Assembly: GCA_051294905.1 (NCBI GenBank)
Contig: CM119371.1
Location: 28,336,001 to 28,400,000, forward strand
From: Botryllus schlosseri
Lineage: Eukaryota
Length of the DNA stretch: 64,000 nt
Direction: 5' to 3'
The notes under the pieces are model-generated. The model did not search any database, was not told the DNA's origin, and worked only from the letters and a program-made list of their open reading frames with translations. Below are positions 39,368 to 52,858 of the stretch, in pieces; the first letter of the stretch is position 1; the number at the start of each line of letters is the position of its first letter. A program made the position numbers and the translations under genes.

Positions 39368-42300
39368 TCAAAAAGGTGTGAAATAATTTTAAAATCCTAC
39401 GACCGCTCACAGGGTAATGCTCCAGACATAGCGATCGTTCATGATTTGGTGTTACAGACATACCGATCGCTCACAAGGTAATATTTCTGTAATTAGTTTG
39501 TCACAGAGCCGTCGCAGACGGTGATTCGTAAACCAACAATTTGACACTTTCTGGTGATCGCTATATGTTTTTGACACTTTGGAACGTGGTTGACTTTAGT
39601 TGTATGATAAGAATGATGCGAATATTCAAGCAATGTATCAATTTGACAACTTGAAATGAAACTTACTACACAGCTCAAGTTGATTCGTATCTGAATGTGT
39701 TAATTCGGTACAATTCTAATTAATTTGAGAAATCTTTTTAACGTGATCTTTTGATTCGACCGTAACCTGAATAATACTGACGCCGACTTTCAGTCACATT
39801 GAATTATTCACACATTCGCGCCGCTGTTTTCACACCTATAGAATCAATACCAACTATAACTCTACAAGAATCAAGAATCACAAGTATGTGCATTATACAG
39901 TTATTGTCTTTGTCAACTTGAAATCAAACTCTTAATACAAACACGCATCTTATCACTTGTCAACTCTATCATGAAAATCCTCGGACCTGTGTTATTAAGA
40001 ATGTTATAGTACGGCGTCGGAATCCACTCGCGAGATGCACTAAAGGTAGGTAAATTGAGATCACCCAAAATGAAATATTTGGACTTTGACATAGTCTGAA
40101 TTGAAATAGATTGACAAACATGACTACCAACTTTCAACCCATACATATTTAGAGATTATGCGCAGGTTGATTTGAAACAAGTAATGAAACCATACAACTC
40201 TATTCACGACTGAGTTTTCCGTTTGTCAAATAGAGTTTCAGTAAATACCATCATGATATTTAAATGTGTTACTACACACAATAGAATCAATCAATGAAAT
40301 AGCACCTGTTGTAAATATTTCTTACTTGACAACCACTTGTACATACCGCGATCGAGTTGGGACACGATGAGTTAAATCGGAATATTTCAATCTATTTGTC
40401 GAAACCTTGAACAAGCTATCTGGTTATTTTTTCGTTGCAATTGAGTTAACGGAAATAATATTACGTCTCGACATCTTACCATCTTACCATACTCCAAAGA
40501 GCCAACAAGGAAAAACCTTGTCAAGTAAATCGTTTGTAACTCACCCAATCAACTCAAACAGTATCAGTATGAAACCAGTCAAGCATACACGAGTCCATAC
40601 AATCGCTACAATCTAAAATCCATAGCAAGTTCGGTTTTAGGCATATACCGTCAACTCGTCTTTTTTGTTCAACTGTAAAAGTCGTTACTATTCTGCGAGA
40701 CAAAGAAATTACTATGCGATATATTTTGTAAGATAAAAGTAATTACTTCTCGGTGCCGGCGACTTGAGATTAACATAATATGTTTGAGTATGCGAGATTT
40801 GAAAGTCTGCCCAACATGTTGAGAATTCATTTCTTACAATCGAACGCAGGTGTTATATTGAAAATTATCATGATGTAAACATAAGGATTGACACATTGAT
40901 TTGACATATGTAATAGTTGATCATGACTTGACTATTAAATTGTTTGCGTTAATTAGACTCGGCGTTGTGGTAAAGATTATTGTGACAGCAACAAACTTTT
41001 CAGTATCATTGCTATTAACATATTGAGTTGTAAACTATGTGTGTCTAAAATGTTCTCGATTGGAAAATTATTCAGCCTTGGTACAAACCACGCAGTGTAT
41101 TGTGGATATCAGGAAATATTTTACAAATGTAATTGTCTGCAGTAAACAAGACTAAAGATGAAACAACAATTTCCTTTGTTGAACAATAACCGGTGCAATA
41201 CTTTGTTGTTGGTGAGAATTGAAACACTTTCGCGCATTACCTGGTGTCAAGATATCACACTAGGTGAATTGACATACCACCATTTGATTAATGCTTAATC
41301 CGTTCGCATCATTTCACACACACTTTGATCATTACAAAAAAACAAATTGGAATATGTTTGCTAGGCACCACCTATTCAGCTATACTTGAGTAATACAGAA
41401 ACCTCTCAGCATTAATAAAATCGAAATGTGCGCTACACTGAAATCTACAAAATGTGTTTGTATTGCTGTTCATAGTAGTGATATCGATTTATACCTCCAT
41501 CTAACCAAACTACTGAGAGTCGTTGTCAATTTACATGACGTTCACTGATTACATACTAGAACTATTTGTGCAACGCACACGATCAGAGAAATTGGACATT
41601 TTTCCATTGCCATTCGTCAAAGTAAATGTCGTCACAATAATCAGTCACTAAAAGACCATATACTTGTATGTGATTGAATCGCCGACAATTAACTCGGTAA
41701 ATCAAACCCCTGAGAAATTTCACTCAGTCATTGGATAGGAAACAGCGTCGCTTGATCGGTGTGAGTCGTTTTTTCTAAATACTAATCATATCTGTCCAGC
41801 CAAGAACAATTTTCACTCACTTGGGTAACGAAACCAGTGTCCAATATCAATACAAGATATTTTCGTCACACAAATATAATCAACTTCACTCGATATTCCC
41901 GTACTACGAAACTGTACAAAGGTTACATGTTTTTGTATGACATGGAATTAATACCGATCGATGTAACCGTATTGGAAATAACTTTTAAACAAACACACTC
42001 TACGTGGTTAACATTCTCGTCGATTCTATTGTGATTAATGTATACTTCATGTGATCTGGATTCATTTCGATATGGCTAAACATTCAACCTCGACGGATAC
42101 GAATTGTCACACACTCAAGTAATATCATACCAAATAGTTATTTACAAGACACAGAAAATTTGTTTTGGTCGTTTCGACTTTATTACTGGAGATACTCATC
42201 ACTTCGCTTAATACAATCTAGATTTAAACTCCATCGAACCTTTGGTGTCTATCGTTTTGCTGGATACGAATTATGTTAGTCTAAGAGTACACAATTTTCA

Positions 42301-43489
42301 CTATCTTGGGTTATGAACTCAGTGTGTTAGCGATCATTCAATATTTTGTAGTATCAACTAGCTACTTCGTAGGATACGTATGATCATCCTCACAACTCTT
42401 ACAAAAGTACGAAGGATATTTACATTACACAAAGTAATCGACTTTACTCGATATCCTCACACTGCGAAACTGAATGGTTGGTTTGACTCTACAAACTGTT
42501 CTGATGTCACAAGAACTTTTTCATACGAATGGTTACGTATCTAAATATTCAAATAATCCAACACACGACTATAGTACTTACAGAAATATCAAATATCATA
42601 GTTCTTGTAACAAAGTTGTATAAGTATAATGTTTATCGTAAGTCCTACATAGCCATGATATCCGTCCGAGTTTGACTTTTAGAAAACATTATACCGACAT
42701 CGCGACATCTTTCAAAATTAAAACCACGGTGACTGCTTCAGAGACCTACCAATGATATTGCAGTAATACAGTTACTTCCATAAAAGAGTATGTGTACGAC
42801 TTACTTACCACAAATCTAACGCACAAAACAATTTACTTTACTAACGAGAAGCGCCGAGCCTCACATCAAAACAACTAGAAAGTGGAACTATATTAAAAAA
42901 CGTCGCTAACCTTTGTGCACCAGCTGTAAATCACACAAGCAACATGTTTCAAGATTCTGGTTATTGAAAAACGTTAAAGTGTTTCTCCTACACCAAGTCG
43001 TTATGTTGACGAAAGCGTATATTGTAATACCATGATCGATTTGCATTCGTTGGTCACAAACTGTCACTACTCTAAATAATTATTTTTCACTCAAACACAA
43101 AAGCATACTTGTCGCCAATCGTTTTCATCAAGCACGAGTTCAAGAAGCTTACTTACTACGACATGAATTGTTATTTTTATGTTGTGTAAATAGGTAATAA
43201 TTAATTTTAGTAACACTATATCAATGTCATCGAGTTGTGCGAATAGATTTACATGTGGTTTTAGTCGAAGCATACAGCATGACTCTTCTCTCTTGTACAA
43301 CAACTCGCTAATCGAAATGCATGCATTCACATTTAAACAACGATCTTGTTTCGTCACGCGAAAAATATCTTCACCGTCGCGACACTCTGATACTCTGCAC
43401 AAGATGTTTAAATCCTTTTCACACTCATAATAGTACACTAACAAGACACCAACGTCAAGCGACAACGTTTAACAATACCAATGACACTG

Positions 43490-43990
43490 AACATACGACG
43501 CTTACCCCAGTAAAAATATCATTTTCGTTTGGATAACTGACGTTTACCTGTGTAAAATTACCATATTTGTTTGGAACTCTACCGTTTCCGAGTAAAAATA
43601 CATTTACACATGGAGATCCGCCGTTTACCGAGTAAAAAATATCAATATCACCTGGAGATCCACCGTTACGTGAGTAACAAAACCATTTTCCTTTGGTGAT
43701 CTATCGTTTACCCAGAGTAACAAAACCATTTTCACTTGGAAATATATTTTTTCCCTGGGTAACAAACCATTTTCACTTGGAAATATATTTTTTCCCTGAG
43801 CAACAAACCATTTTCACTTGGAAATATATTTTTTCCCTGAACAACAAACCATTTTCACTTGGCGGTCCGTCGTTTACCTGAGTAAAAATATCATTTTCCT
43901 TTGGAGATCTGGCGTTTACCCAGTGTAACAATGCATTTTCTCTTGGCCATCTAGCTTTTCCTAGAGTAACAAAACCATTTCATTTTGAAA
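43490..43990. repeat. 41-44 bp minisatellite (mirrored at about 48245-48740)
   Basis: Core unit ccattttcacttggaaatatattttttccctg(g/a)...aacaaa occurs about 3 times near-perfectly, flanked by degenerate units (ggagatc...cgtttacc...agtaaaaa). Confidence 0.8.
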
Positions 43991-45398
43991 TCTGACAAAC
44001 ACACCTGCCAATTTGGTATTTGTTGTATTGATGGCAGTTTGAAATAGATTACAACGAACAGTGACAGAAATATATACGGACTACCAGTTTCAAAGTATTC
44101 CCGCATCAGTCGTATCACATCAATATCATCGGTTAACCACATGAAATAACAATATGCCGTTGTACACCGAAATGCATGTTTTGGAAAATTGGACAATAGG
44201 CTTCGATAGGTCTGTGATGTCCGGGTTCGTACTTTAGTTTTTGCACAGAGTCCATACGTCTTAATAAAACACCACCTCGACTTTGGTACCTGGCTGGTAC
44301 ATGGATAACGGTGGTCGGAAATCGATGAATATAGGTTCTCGTCGTGCTAACAGTTCCGGGCTACTTGTGATTTTTCTCACGCATGTTTACTATATTGTGT
44401 CACTCTTTATTGGTCAATACATATCCCACCGTTCAGTCTGAAATCCGAAACCCGAGCAAGTATGAACCGGATCCGGATATCAACTCTGAATCAAAAAACC
44501 AATGAAACATGTCACACCCTGTGTTTCCATGGAAGTAACAAGACATTACACATCAAGTATACTTCGCGATTGTTCATAGATACCAAGTATTCGCGTAAAC
44601 GAGGTGTGTGACATTACATACATCATGGATAACATCATGGCCGGCATTACAAGCATCATGGATGACAAATTCATGTTCTCAAGTCTCATACATGAACCGA
44701 CTCTGTACATTCAATGTGGGGTAGATGACTTGGAGACAGACAAACACACATATTTGACCGTAACATGATCTAAGCACGAACCGACATGTATTCAACTTGG
44801 TGAAAAATGAGTCGCATCGTATTTCACGATATTACATTCCCTTTTGTGGTTCACACCTTGATTTTGCTTACATCGTGATCCAGACCTCGGAGTATAGTAA
44901 AATCGGGATATGTAGTTTAATTACTTGCTCACTACCCGGTGTGTGTTGGTGGTGGTCATACCCTGCAAACTTTTTTTCTGAGAACGTAGTGTTTCACCTT
45001 ACATCAGTCGGTTCAATGTATGTACCGGGTTGTGAAAGCTGTCGCTGTGTTGACTATGTGTCACAATCAATACTAAACACGGTAATTCGTTACTCGTCGA
45101 AACGTCGCAGTCAGACATCGTTAACAGCGATTCCGCGTATGGAAATCTTAAATTCGATTGCGGTTTTGTAATGTAATCCGGGTTACTGTGTTTCTGTGGT
45201 GTGAAGACTAAATTCGTGTTGATCCCCCCCCCCCCCCCCCTGCAAGAGTGCGATGTCTATTTCACACCTAGAGTAATTATAAAACGCATCTTCGAAACCT
45301 TTGGTCTAGTTCATCTGCTTGCATGTCGAAACGGACCATAACCACAAGACTCTAACCCACCACATCCGTGGTTTCAGTTGATCGTATCGAAGAATATC

Positions 45399-45674
45399 AT
45401 GTCTATCCGTTTTACCACCCACAGATTTCTCCATCCTCACACTTTAGTGCTAAGACACAGACAAGATGCGGTTGTGGAAATATTGAAAATGAGAAAGCAG
45501 ACCTTGGTGTCATTTGATTTGGATTTTACACCCGATGAACCCATCATTCGTACTGTGCATTGGGGTGCGGATTCTATCGTTGATGTCGAAGGAAAAGAAA
45601 TGTACAGATTTGTTGGTGTCGTGGATATTCAACGAAAATCGGGGTACATGATTGTACGCGGTTACCGTATATGA
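45399..45674 (+). CDS. Hypothetical 91-aa protein in the unique loop of the palindrome
   Basis: ATG-initiated, uninterrupted ORF (MSIRFTTHRFLHPH...IVRGYRI) with TATAAAA at 45278-45284 upstream. No family recognised. Confidence 0.4.
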   Translation: MSIRFTTHRFLHPHTLVLRHRQDAVVEILKMRKQTLVSFDLDFTPDEPIIRTVHWGADSIVDVEGKEMYRFVGVVDIQRKSGYMIVRGYRI

Positions 45675-45924
45675 CTGTGAAGATATCGCTATACATAACG
45701 TGCTGTTCACCGTATCGATCGCACCAACGAATATCCATGTTACGGTCAAATATGTGTGTTTGTCTGTCTCCAAGTCATCTACCCCACATTGAATGTACAG
45801 AGTCGGTTCATGTATGAGACTTGAGAACATGAATTTGTCATCCATGATGCTTGTAATGCCGGCCATGATGTTATCCATGATGTATGTAATGTCACACACC
45901 TCGTTTACGCGAATACTTGGTATC

Positions 45925-47647
45925 CAGGGGCGTATCTAGCCGGAAAAAATGGGGGGGTACCTTTAGAAAAGGGGGGTGTTTTAAAAAGGAGAGGGTGTTC
46001 CTCGTTCTAACCGATTGATCAGGATAAATGCAAGCAAAAATGCAGATATTACCATGGTATGATGATCTTACTCGTGTTTGTGACTTCTTCATTCGCATAT
46101 ACAAAACTAAGTACAACTAAACATATCATTATAACCCGTAAGTGATGGTAACAGCGGAAAGAGAGACAGCCAGATATCTTGACCTTAATTACCAAAGCGA
46201 GGATGTTATCACGACAGTGCGCGCAGATCATATTACAGCACAGCGGGAGATCTCTCCATTCGCGCTCAAATACGAACACTCGACTGTAAAGACACGCAAA
46301 TGAATTATAGTCTGTTTTCGTTTGTGTCAACTGTTCAGCCTGTTCTTACACATGATCTGGATTAATTTTGTTCTAAATCAATATGATATCTACTGTCTGT
46401 CAAGATAGTGTAGTATTTTTGGTGTGTGGAGATGGTAAACGTCACGTGAATAACAGCGGCCCGGCGCAGGCTTAGGCTCGCGATCAAAATGCACTCCTAA
46501 ATGCGTTTGCCATGCAAAAGTGACAATTGCGAATTGTCAAGGCAAAGACTATAACTTCTCGTTATTACAACATTACATTGAACATTGCCTGCGCTAGGGA
46601 CGCTTGCCTGATTTATCGCGTCTCCAACAAGCCTAGTTTCACTCGCTTGAACAAATGAACAATCACATCAGCAGTAGACCCGGTGCGTACTGTACCATCG
46701 CTGCCTGCACTATCGCATCTGCATTGGCGCACACGATATTATCGCTTGCCCACACAATCGCATCTGCAACAGGCCTGGTACGAAAGATATCATCGCTGGC
46801 CATGTGGCCAACTATCGCGTCTCGAGCCTAGCATGCGGTGGCTCCGCTCTCTCGAGCCTAGCATGCGTTGGCTCCAATCCAGGGATATCTATCCCTGGCT
46901 GCAATCTCTCGATGGCTTGGTGACAATGCCGTTAGGTGTTCGCTGTTTAGCGATTGTAATTAGAGTGACATTGCTGAACTGAATGACATCGAATGTCCGC
47001 AGACATGTGCGATTGTGCGTGCGCCGTGCGTGCGTAAGTGAATTCCGCTAATATCTAAACATAACCATCAGAAGATGTGTGTCAACGGTCAAGGCTTGAG
47101 TTGTAAAAGACGAGAAAGGTTTGAACAACCTGAAACCTGTGCCATTATAGAACAGAGTCTAACTCGGACATTTTGCCTGCGCAAATCGTCGCCGAGGTTA
47201 CGTAATACGCCTTGATAAGCGGCGTATTTAATTGTTCGCTAGCGATCAGGGACTCGCTAGTTGACAGCACTTCCGTTCTAAACATTTGTTGATAGTAAAC
47301 TAACACGAAAAACCAACTCGCGCGGCATCGAAATTTCATGGCGTCTAATGCGAGTGCCATGTAACTGGATAACAGCGTTCAGATGAGGCGAGAGAGCCAT
47401 GCGACGATACGCTTTTCGGGCTTCCGTAGACGAGAGAACAATACGAGAAAAACGCATCACCGCACTGCGTTGTTTGCTCGATCGCTGGCGTGATGATGCT
47501 GCGCGGCAATACGGGGATTACCGATTTATTAGAATAAGAAATATTGGATCAATGGAAATAGATTTAGGAAGTGGGATAATCGAGCTTGGAAACGGGGCGG
47601 GGGGGTACCGGACACCGATTACCCCCCCCCCCCTGAATACGCCCCTG
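45925..47647. mobile_element. hAT non-autonomous element (1723 bp) inserted in the right arm only
   Basis: TIR CAGGGGCGTAT...ATACGCCCCTG; perfect 8-bp TSD TTGGTATC (45917-45924, 47648-47655). The left arm shows the empty site (gataccaa at 44579-44586). No transposase. Confidence 0.93.
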
Positions 47648-50600
47648 TTGGTATCTATGAACAATCGCGAAGTATACTTGATGTGTAATGTCTTGTTACT
47701 TCCATGGAAACACAGGGTGTGACATGTTTCATTGGTTTTTCGATTCAGAGTTGATATCCGGATCCGGTTAATACTTGCTCGGGTTTTGGATTTCAGACTG
47801 AACGGTGGGATATGTATTGACCAATAAAGAGTGACACAATATAGTAAACATGTGTGAGAAAAATCACAAGTAGCCCGGAACTGTTAGCACGACGAGAACC
47901 TATATTCATCGATTTCCGACCACCGTTATCCATGTACCAGCCAGGTACCAAAGTCGAGGTGGTGTTTTATTAAGACGTATGGACTCTGTGCAAAAACTAA
48001 AGTACGAACCCGGACATCACAGACCTATCGAAGCCTATTGTCCAATTTTCCAAAACATGCATTTCGGTGTACAACGGCATATTGTTATTTCATGTGGTTA
48101 ACCGATGATATTGATGTGATACGACTGATGCGGGAATACTTTGAAACTGGTAGTCCGTATATATTTCTGTCACTGTTCGTTGTAATCTATTTCAAACTGT
48201 CGTCAATACAACAAATACCAAATTGGCAGGTGTGTTTGTCAGATTTCAAAATGAAATGGTTTTGTTACTCTAGGAAAAGCTAGATGGCCAAGAGAAAATG
48301 CATTGTTACACTGGGTAAACGCCAGATCTCCAAAGGAAAATGATATTTTTACTCAGGTAAACGACGGACCACCAAGTGAAAATGGTTTGTTGCTCAGGGA
48401 AAAAATATATTTCCAAGTGAAAATGGTTTGTTGCTCAGGGAAAAAATATATTTCCAAGTGAAAATGGTTTGTTACCCAGGGAAAAAATATATTTCCAAGT
48501 GAAAATGGTTTTGTTACTCTGGGTAAACGATAGATCACCAAAGAAAAATGGTTTTGTTACTCACGTAACGGTGGATCTCCAGGTGATATTGATATTTTTT
48601 ACTCGGTAAACGGCGGATCTCCATGTGTAAATGTATTTTTACTCGGAAACGGTAGAGTTCCAAACAAATATGGTAATTTTACACAGGTAAACGTCAGTTA
48701 TCCAAACGAAAATGATATTTTTACTGGGGTAAGCGTCGTATGTTCAGTGTCATTGGTATTGTTAAACGTTGTCGCTTGACGTTGGTGTCCTGTTAGTGTA
48801 CTATTATGAGTGTGAAAAGGATTTACACATCTTGTGCAGAGTATCAGAGTGTCGCGACGGTGAAGATATTTTTCGCGTGACGAAACAAGATCGTTGTTCA
48901 AATGTGAATGCATGCATTTCGATTAGCGAGTTGTTGTACAAGAGAGAAGAGTCATGCTGTGTGCTTCGATTAAAACCACATGTAAATCTATTCGCACAAC
49001 TCGATGACATTGATATAGTGTTACTAAAATTAATTATTACCTATTTACACAACATAAAAATAACAATTCATGTCGTAGTAAGTAAGCTTCTTGAACTCGT
49101 GCTTGATGAAAACGATTGGCGACAAGTATGCTTTTGTGTTTGAGTGAAAAATAATTATTTAGAGTAGTGACAGTTTGTGACCAACGAATGCAAATCGATC
49201 ATGGTATTACAATATACGCTTTCGTCAACATAACGACTTGGTGTAGGAGAAGCACTTTAACGTTTTTCAATAACCAGAATCTTGAAACATGTTGCTTGTG
49301 TGATTTACAGCTGGTGCACAAAGGTTAGCGACGTTTTTTAATAAAATTCCACTTTCTAGTTGTTTTGATGTGAGGCTCGGCGCTTCTCGTTAGTAAAGTA
49401 AATTGTTTTGTGCGTTAGATTTGTGGTAAGTAAGTCGAATACATACTCTTTTGTGGAAGTAACTGTATTACTGCAATATCATTGGTAGGTCTCTGAAGCA
49501 GTCACCGTGGTTTTAATTTTGAAAGATGTCGCGATGTCGGTATAATGTTTTCTAAAAGTCAAACTCGGACGGATATCATGGCTATGTAGGACTTACGATA
49601 AACATTATACTTATACAACTTTGTTACAAGAACTATGATATTTCTGTAAGTACTATAGTCGTGTGTTGGATTATTTGAATATTTAGATACGTAACCATTC
49701 GTATGAAAAAGTTCTTGTGACATCAGAACATTTTGTAGAGTCAAACCAACCATTCAGTTTCGTAGTGTGAGGATATCGAGTAAAGTCGATTACTTTGTGT
49801 AATGTAAATATCCTTCGTACTTTTGTAAGAGTTGTGAGGATGATCATACGTATCCTACGAAGTAGCTAGTTGATACTACAAAATATTGAATGATCGCTAA
49901 CACACTGAGTTCATAACCCAAGATAGTGAAAATTGTGTACTCTTAGACTAACATAATTCGTATCCAGCAAAACGATAGACACCAAAGGTTCGATGGAGTT
50001 TAAATCTAGATTGTATTAAGCGAAGTGATGAGTATCTCCAGTAATAAAGTCGAAACGACCAAAACAAATTTTCTGTGTCTTGTAAATAACTATTTGGTAT
50101 GATATTACTTGAGTGTGTGACAATTCGTATCCGTCGAGGTTGAATGTTTAGCCATATCGAAATGAATCCAGATCACATGAAGTATACATTAATCACAATA
50201 GAATCGACGAGAATGTTAACCACGTAGAGTGTGTTTGTTTAAAAGTTATTTCCATTACGGTTACTTCGATCGGTATTAATTCCATGTCATACAAAAACAT
50301 GTAACCTTTGTACAGTTTCGTAGTACGGGAATATCGAGTGAAGTTGATTATATTTGTGTGACGAAATTATCTTGTATTGATATTGGACACTGGTTTCGTT
50401 ACCCAAGTGAGTGAAAATTGTTCTTGGCTGGACAGATATGATAAGTATTTAGAAAAAACGACTCACACCGATTAAGCGACGCTGTTTCTTATCCAATGAC
50501 TGAGTGAAATTTCTCAGGGGTTTGATTTACCGAGTTAATTGTCGGCGATTCAATCACATACAAGTATATGGTCTTTTAGTGACTGATTATTGTGACGACA

Positions 50601-52858
50601 TTTACTTTGACGAATGGCAATGGAAAAATGTCCAATTTCTCTGATCGTGTGCGTTGCACAAATAGTTCTAGTATGTAATCAGTGAACGTCATGTAAATTG
50701 ACAACGACTCTCAGTAGTTTGGTTAGATGATGGAGGTTCAAATCGATATCACTACTATGAACAGCAATACAAACACATTTTGTAGATTTCAGTGTAGCGC
50801 ACATTTCGATTTTATTAATGCTGAGAGGTTTCTGTATTACTCAAGTATAGTTGAATAGGTGGTGCCTAGCAAACATATTCCAATTTGTTTTTTTGTAATG
50901 ATCAAAGTGTGTGTGAAATGATGCGAACGGATTAAGCATTAATCAAATGGTGGTATGTCAATTCACCTAGTGTGATATCTTGACACCAGGTAATGCGCGA
51001 AAGTGTTTCAATTCTCACCAACAACAAAGTATTGCACCGGTTATTGTTCAACAAAGGAAATTGTTGTTTCATCTTTAGTCTTGTTTACTGCAGACAATTA
51101 CATTTGTAAAATATTTCCTGATATCCACAATACACTGCGTGGTTTGTACCAAGGCTGAATAATTTTCCAATCGAGAACATTTTAGACACACATAGTTTAC
51201 AACTCAATATGTTAATAGCAATGATACTGAAAAGTTTGTTGCTGTCACAATAATCTTTACTACAACGCCGGGTCTAATTAACGCAAATAATTTAATAGTC
51301 AAGTCATGATCAACTATTACATATGTCAAATCAATGTGTCAATCCTTATGTTTACATCATGATAATTTTCAATATAACACCTGCGTTCGATTGTAAGAAA
51401 TGAATTCTCAACATGTTGGGCAGACTTTCAAATCTCGCATACTCAAACATATTATGTTAATCTCAAGTCGCCGGCACCGAGAAGTAATTACTTTTATCTT
51501 ACAAAATATATCGCATAGTAATTTCTTTGTCTCGCAGAATAGTAACGACTTTTACAGTTGAACAAAAAAGACGAGTTGACGGTATATGCCTAAAACCGAA
51601 CTTGCTATGGATTTTAGATTGTAGCGATTGTATGGACTCGTGTATGCTTGACTGGTTTCATACTGATACTGTTTGAGTTGATTGGGTGAGTTACAAACGA
51701 TTTACTTGACAAGGTTTTTCCTTGTTGGCTCTTTGGAGTATGGTAAGATGGTAAGATGTCGAGACGTAATATTATTTCCGTTAACTCAGTTGCAACGAAA
51801 AAATAACCAGATAGCTTGTTCAAGGTTTCGACAAATAGATTGAAATATTCCGATTTAACTCATCGAGTCCCAACTCGATCGCGGTATGTACAAGTGGTTG
51901 TCAAGTAAGAAATATTTACAACAGGTGCTATTTCATTGATTGATTCTATTGTGTGTAGTAACACATTTAAATATCATGATAGTATTTACTGAAACTCTAT
52001 TTGACAAACGGAAAACTCAGTCGTGAATAGAGTTGTATGGTTTCATTACTTGTTTCAAATCAACATGCGCATAATCTCTAAATATGTATGGGTTGAAAGT
52101 TGGTAGTCATGTTTGTCAATCTATTTCAATTCAGACTATGTCAAAGTCCGAATATTTCATTTTGGGTGATCTCAATTTACCTTTAGTACATCTCGCGAGT
52201 GGATTCCGACGCCGTACTATAACATTCTTAATAATACAGGTCCGAGGATTTTCATGATAGAGTTGACAAGTGATAAGATGCGTGTTTGTATTAAGAGTTT
52301 GATTTCAAGTTGACAAAGACAATAACTGTATAATGCACATACTTGTGATTCTTGATTCTTGTAGAGTTATAGTTGGTATTGATTCTATAGGTGTGAAAAC
52401 AGCGGCGCGAATGTGTGAATAATTCAATGTGACTGAAAGTCGGCGTCAGTAATATTCAGGTTACGGTCGAATCAAAAGATCACGTTAAAAAGATTTCTCA
52501 AATTAATTAGAATTGTACCGAATTAACACATTCAGATACGAATCAACTTGAGCTGTGTAGTAAGTTTCATTTCAAGTTGTCAAATTGATACATTGCTTGA
52601 ATATTCGCATCATTCTTATCATACAACTAAAGTCAACCACGTTCCAAAGTGTCAAAAACATATAGCGATCACCAGAAAGTGTCAAATTGTTGGTTTACGA
52701 ATCACCGTCTGCGACGGCTCTGTGACAAACTAATTACAGAAATATTACCTTGTGAGCGATCGGTATGTCTGTAACACCAAATCATGAACGATCGCTATGT
52801 CTGGAGCATTACCCTGTGAGCGGTCGTAGGATTTTAAAATTATTTCACACCTTTTTGA

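Larger units (their letters stand above)
38401..44767. repeat. Left arm of the inverted repeat (6367 bp)
   Basis: Mirror ORF pairs in the track (38936/52997, 39493/52548, 40407/51614, 43091/48769, 43951/48038). Inner end ...tttgaccgtaacatg. Confidence 0.95.

Noticed and set aside
43490..43990. CRISPR array (also considered for the GACTC, GATTAC and ACCGGT arrays)
   Set aside because: Head-to-tail units without unique spacers, no cas genes, and a eukaryotic context.
46683..47722. ORFs inside the 45925-47647 hAT element
   Set aside because: No transposase motifs; one reflects a short tandem duplication and another crosses the TIR.
48769..49143. 124-aa arm ORF (mirror 43091-43465) as a real gene
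   Set aside because: Non-ATG start and no recognisable motif; its presence in both arms reflects duplication, not selection. It may be a decayed accessory gene.
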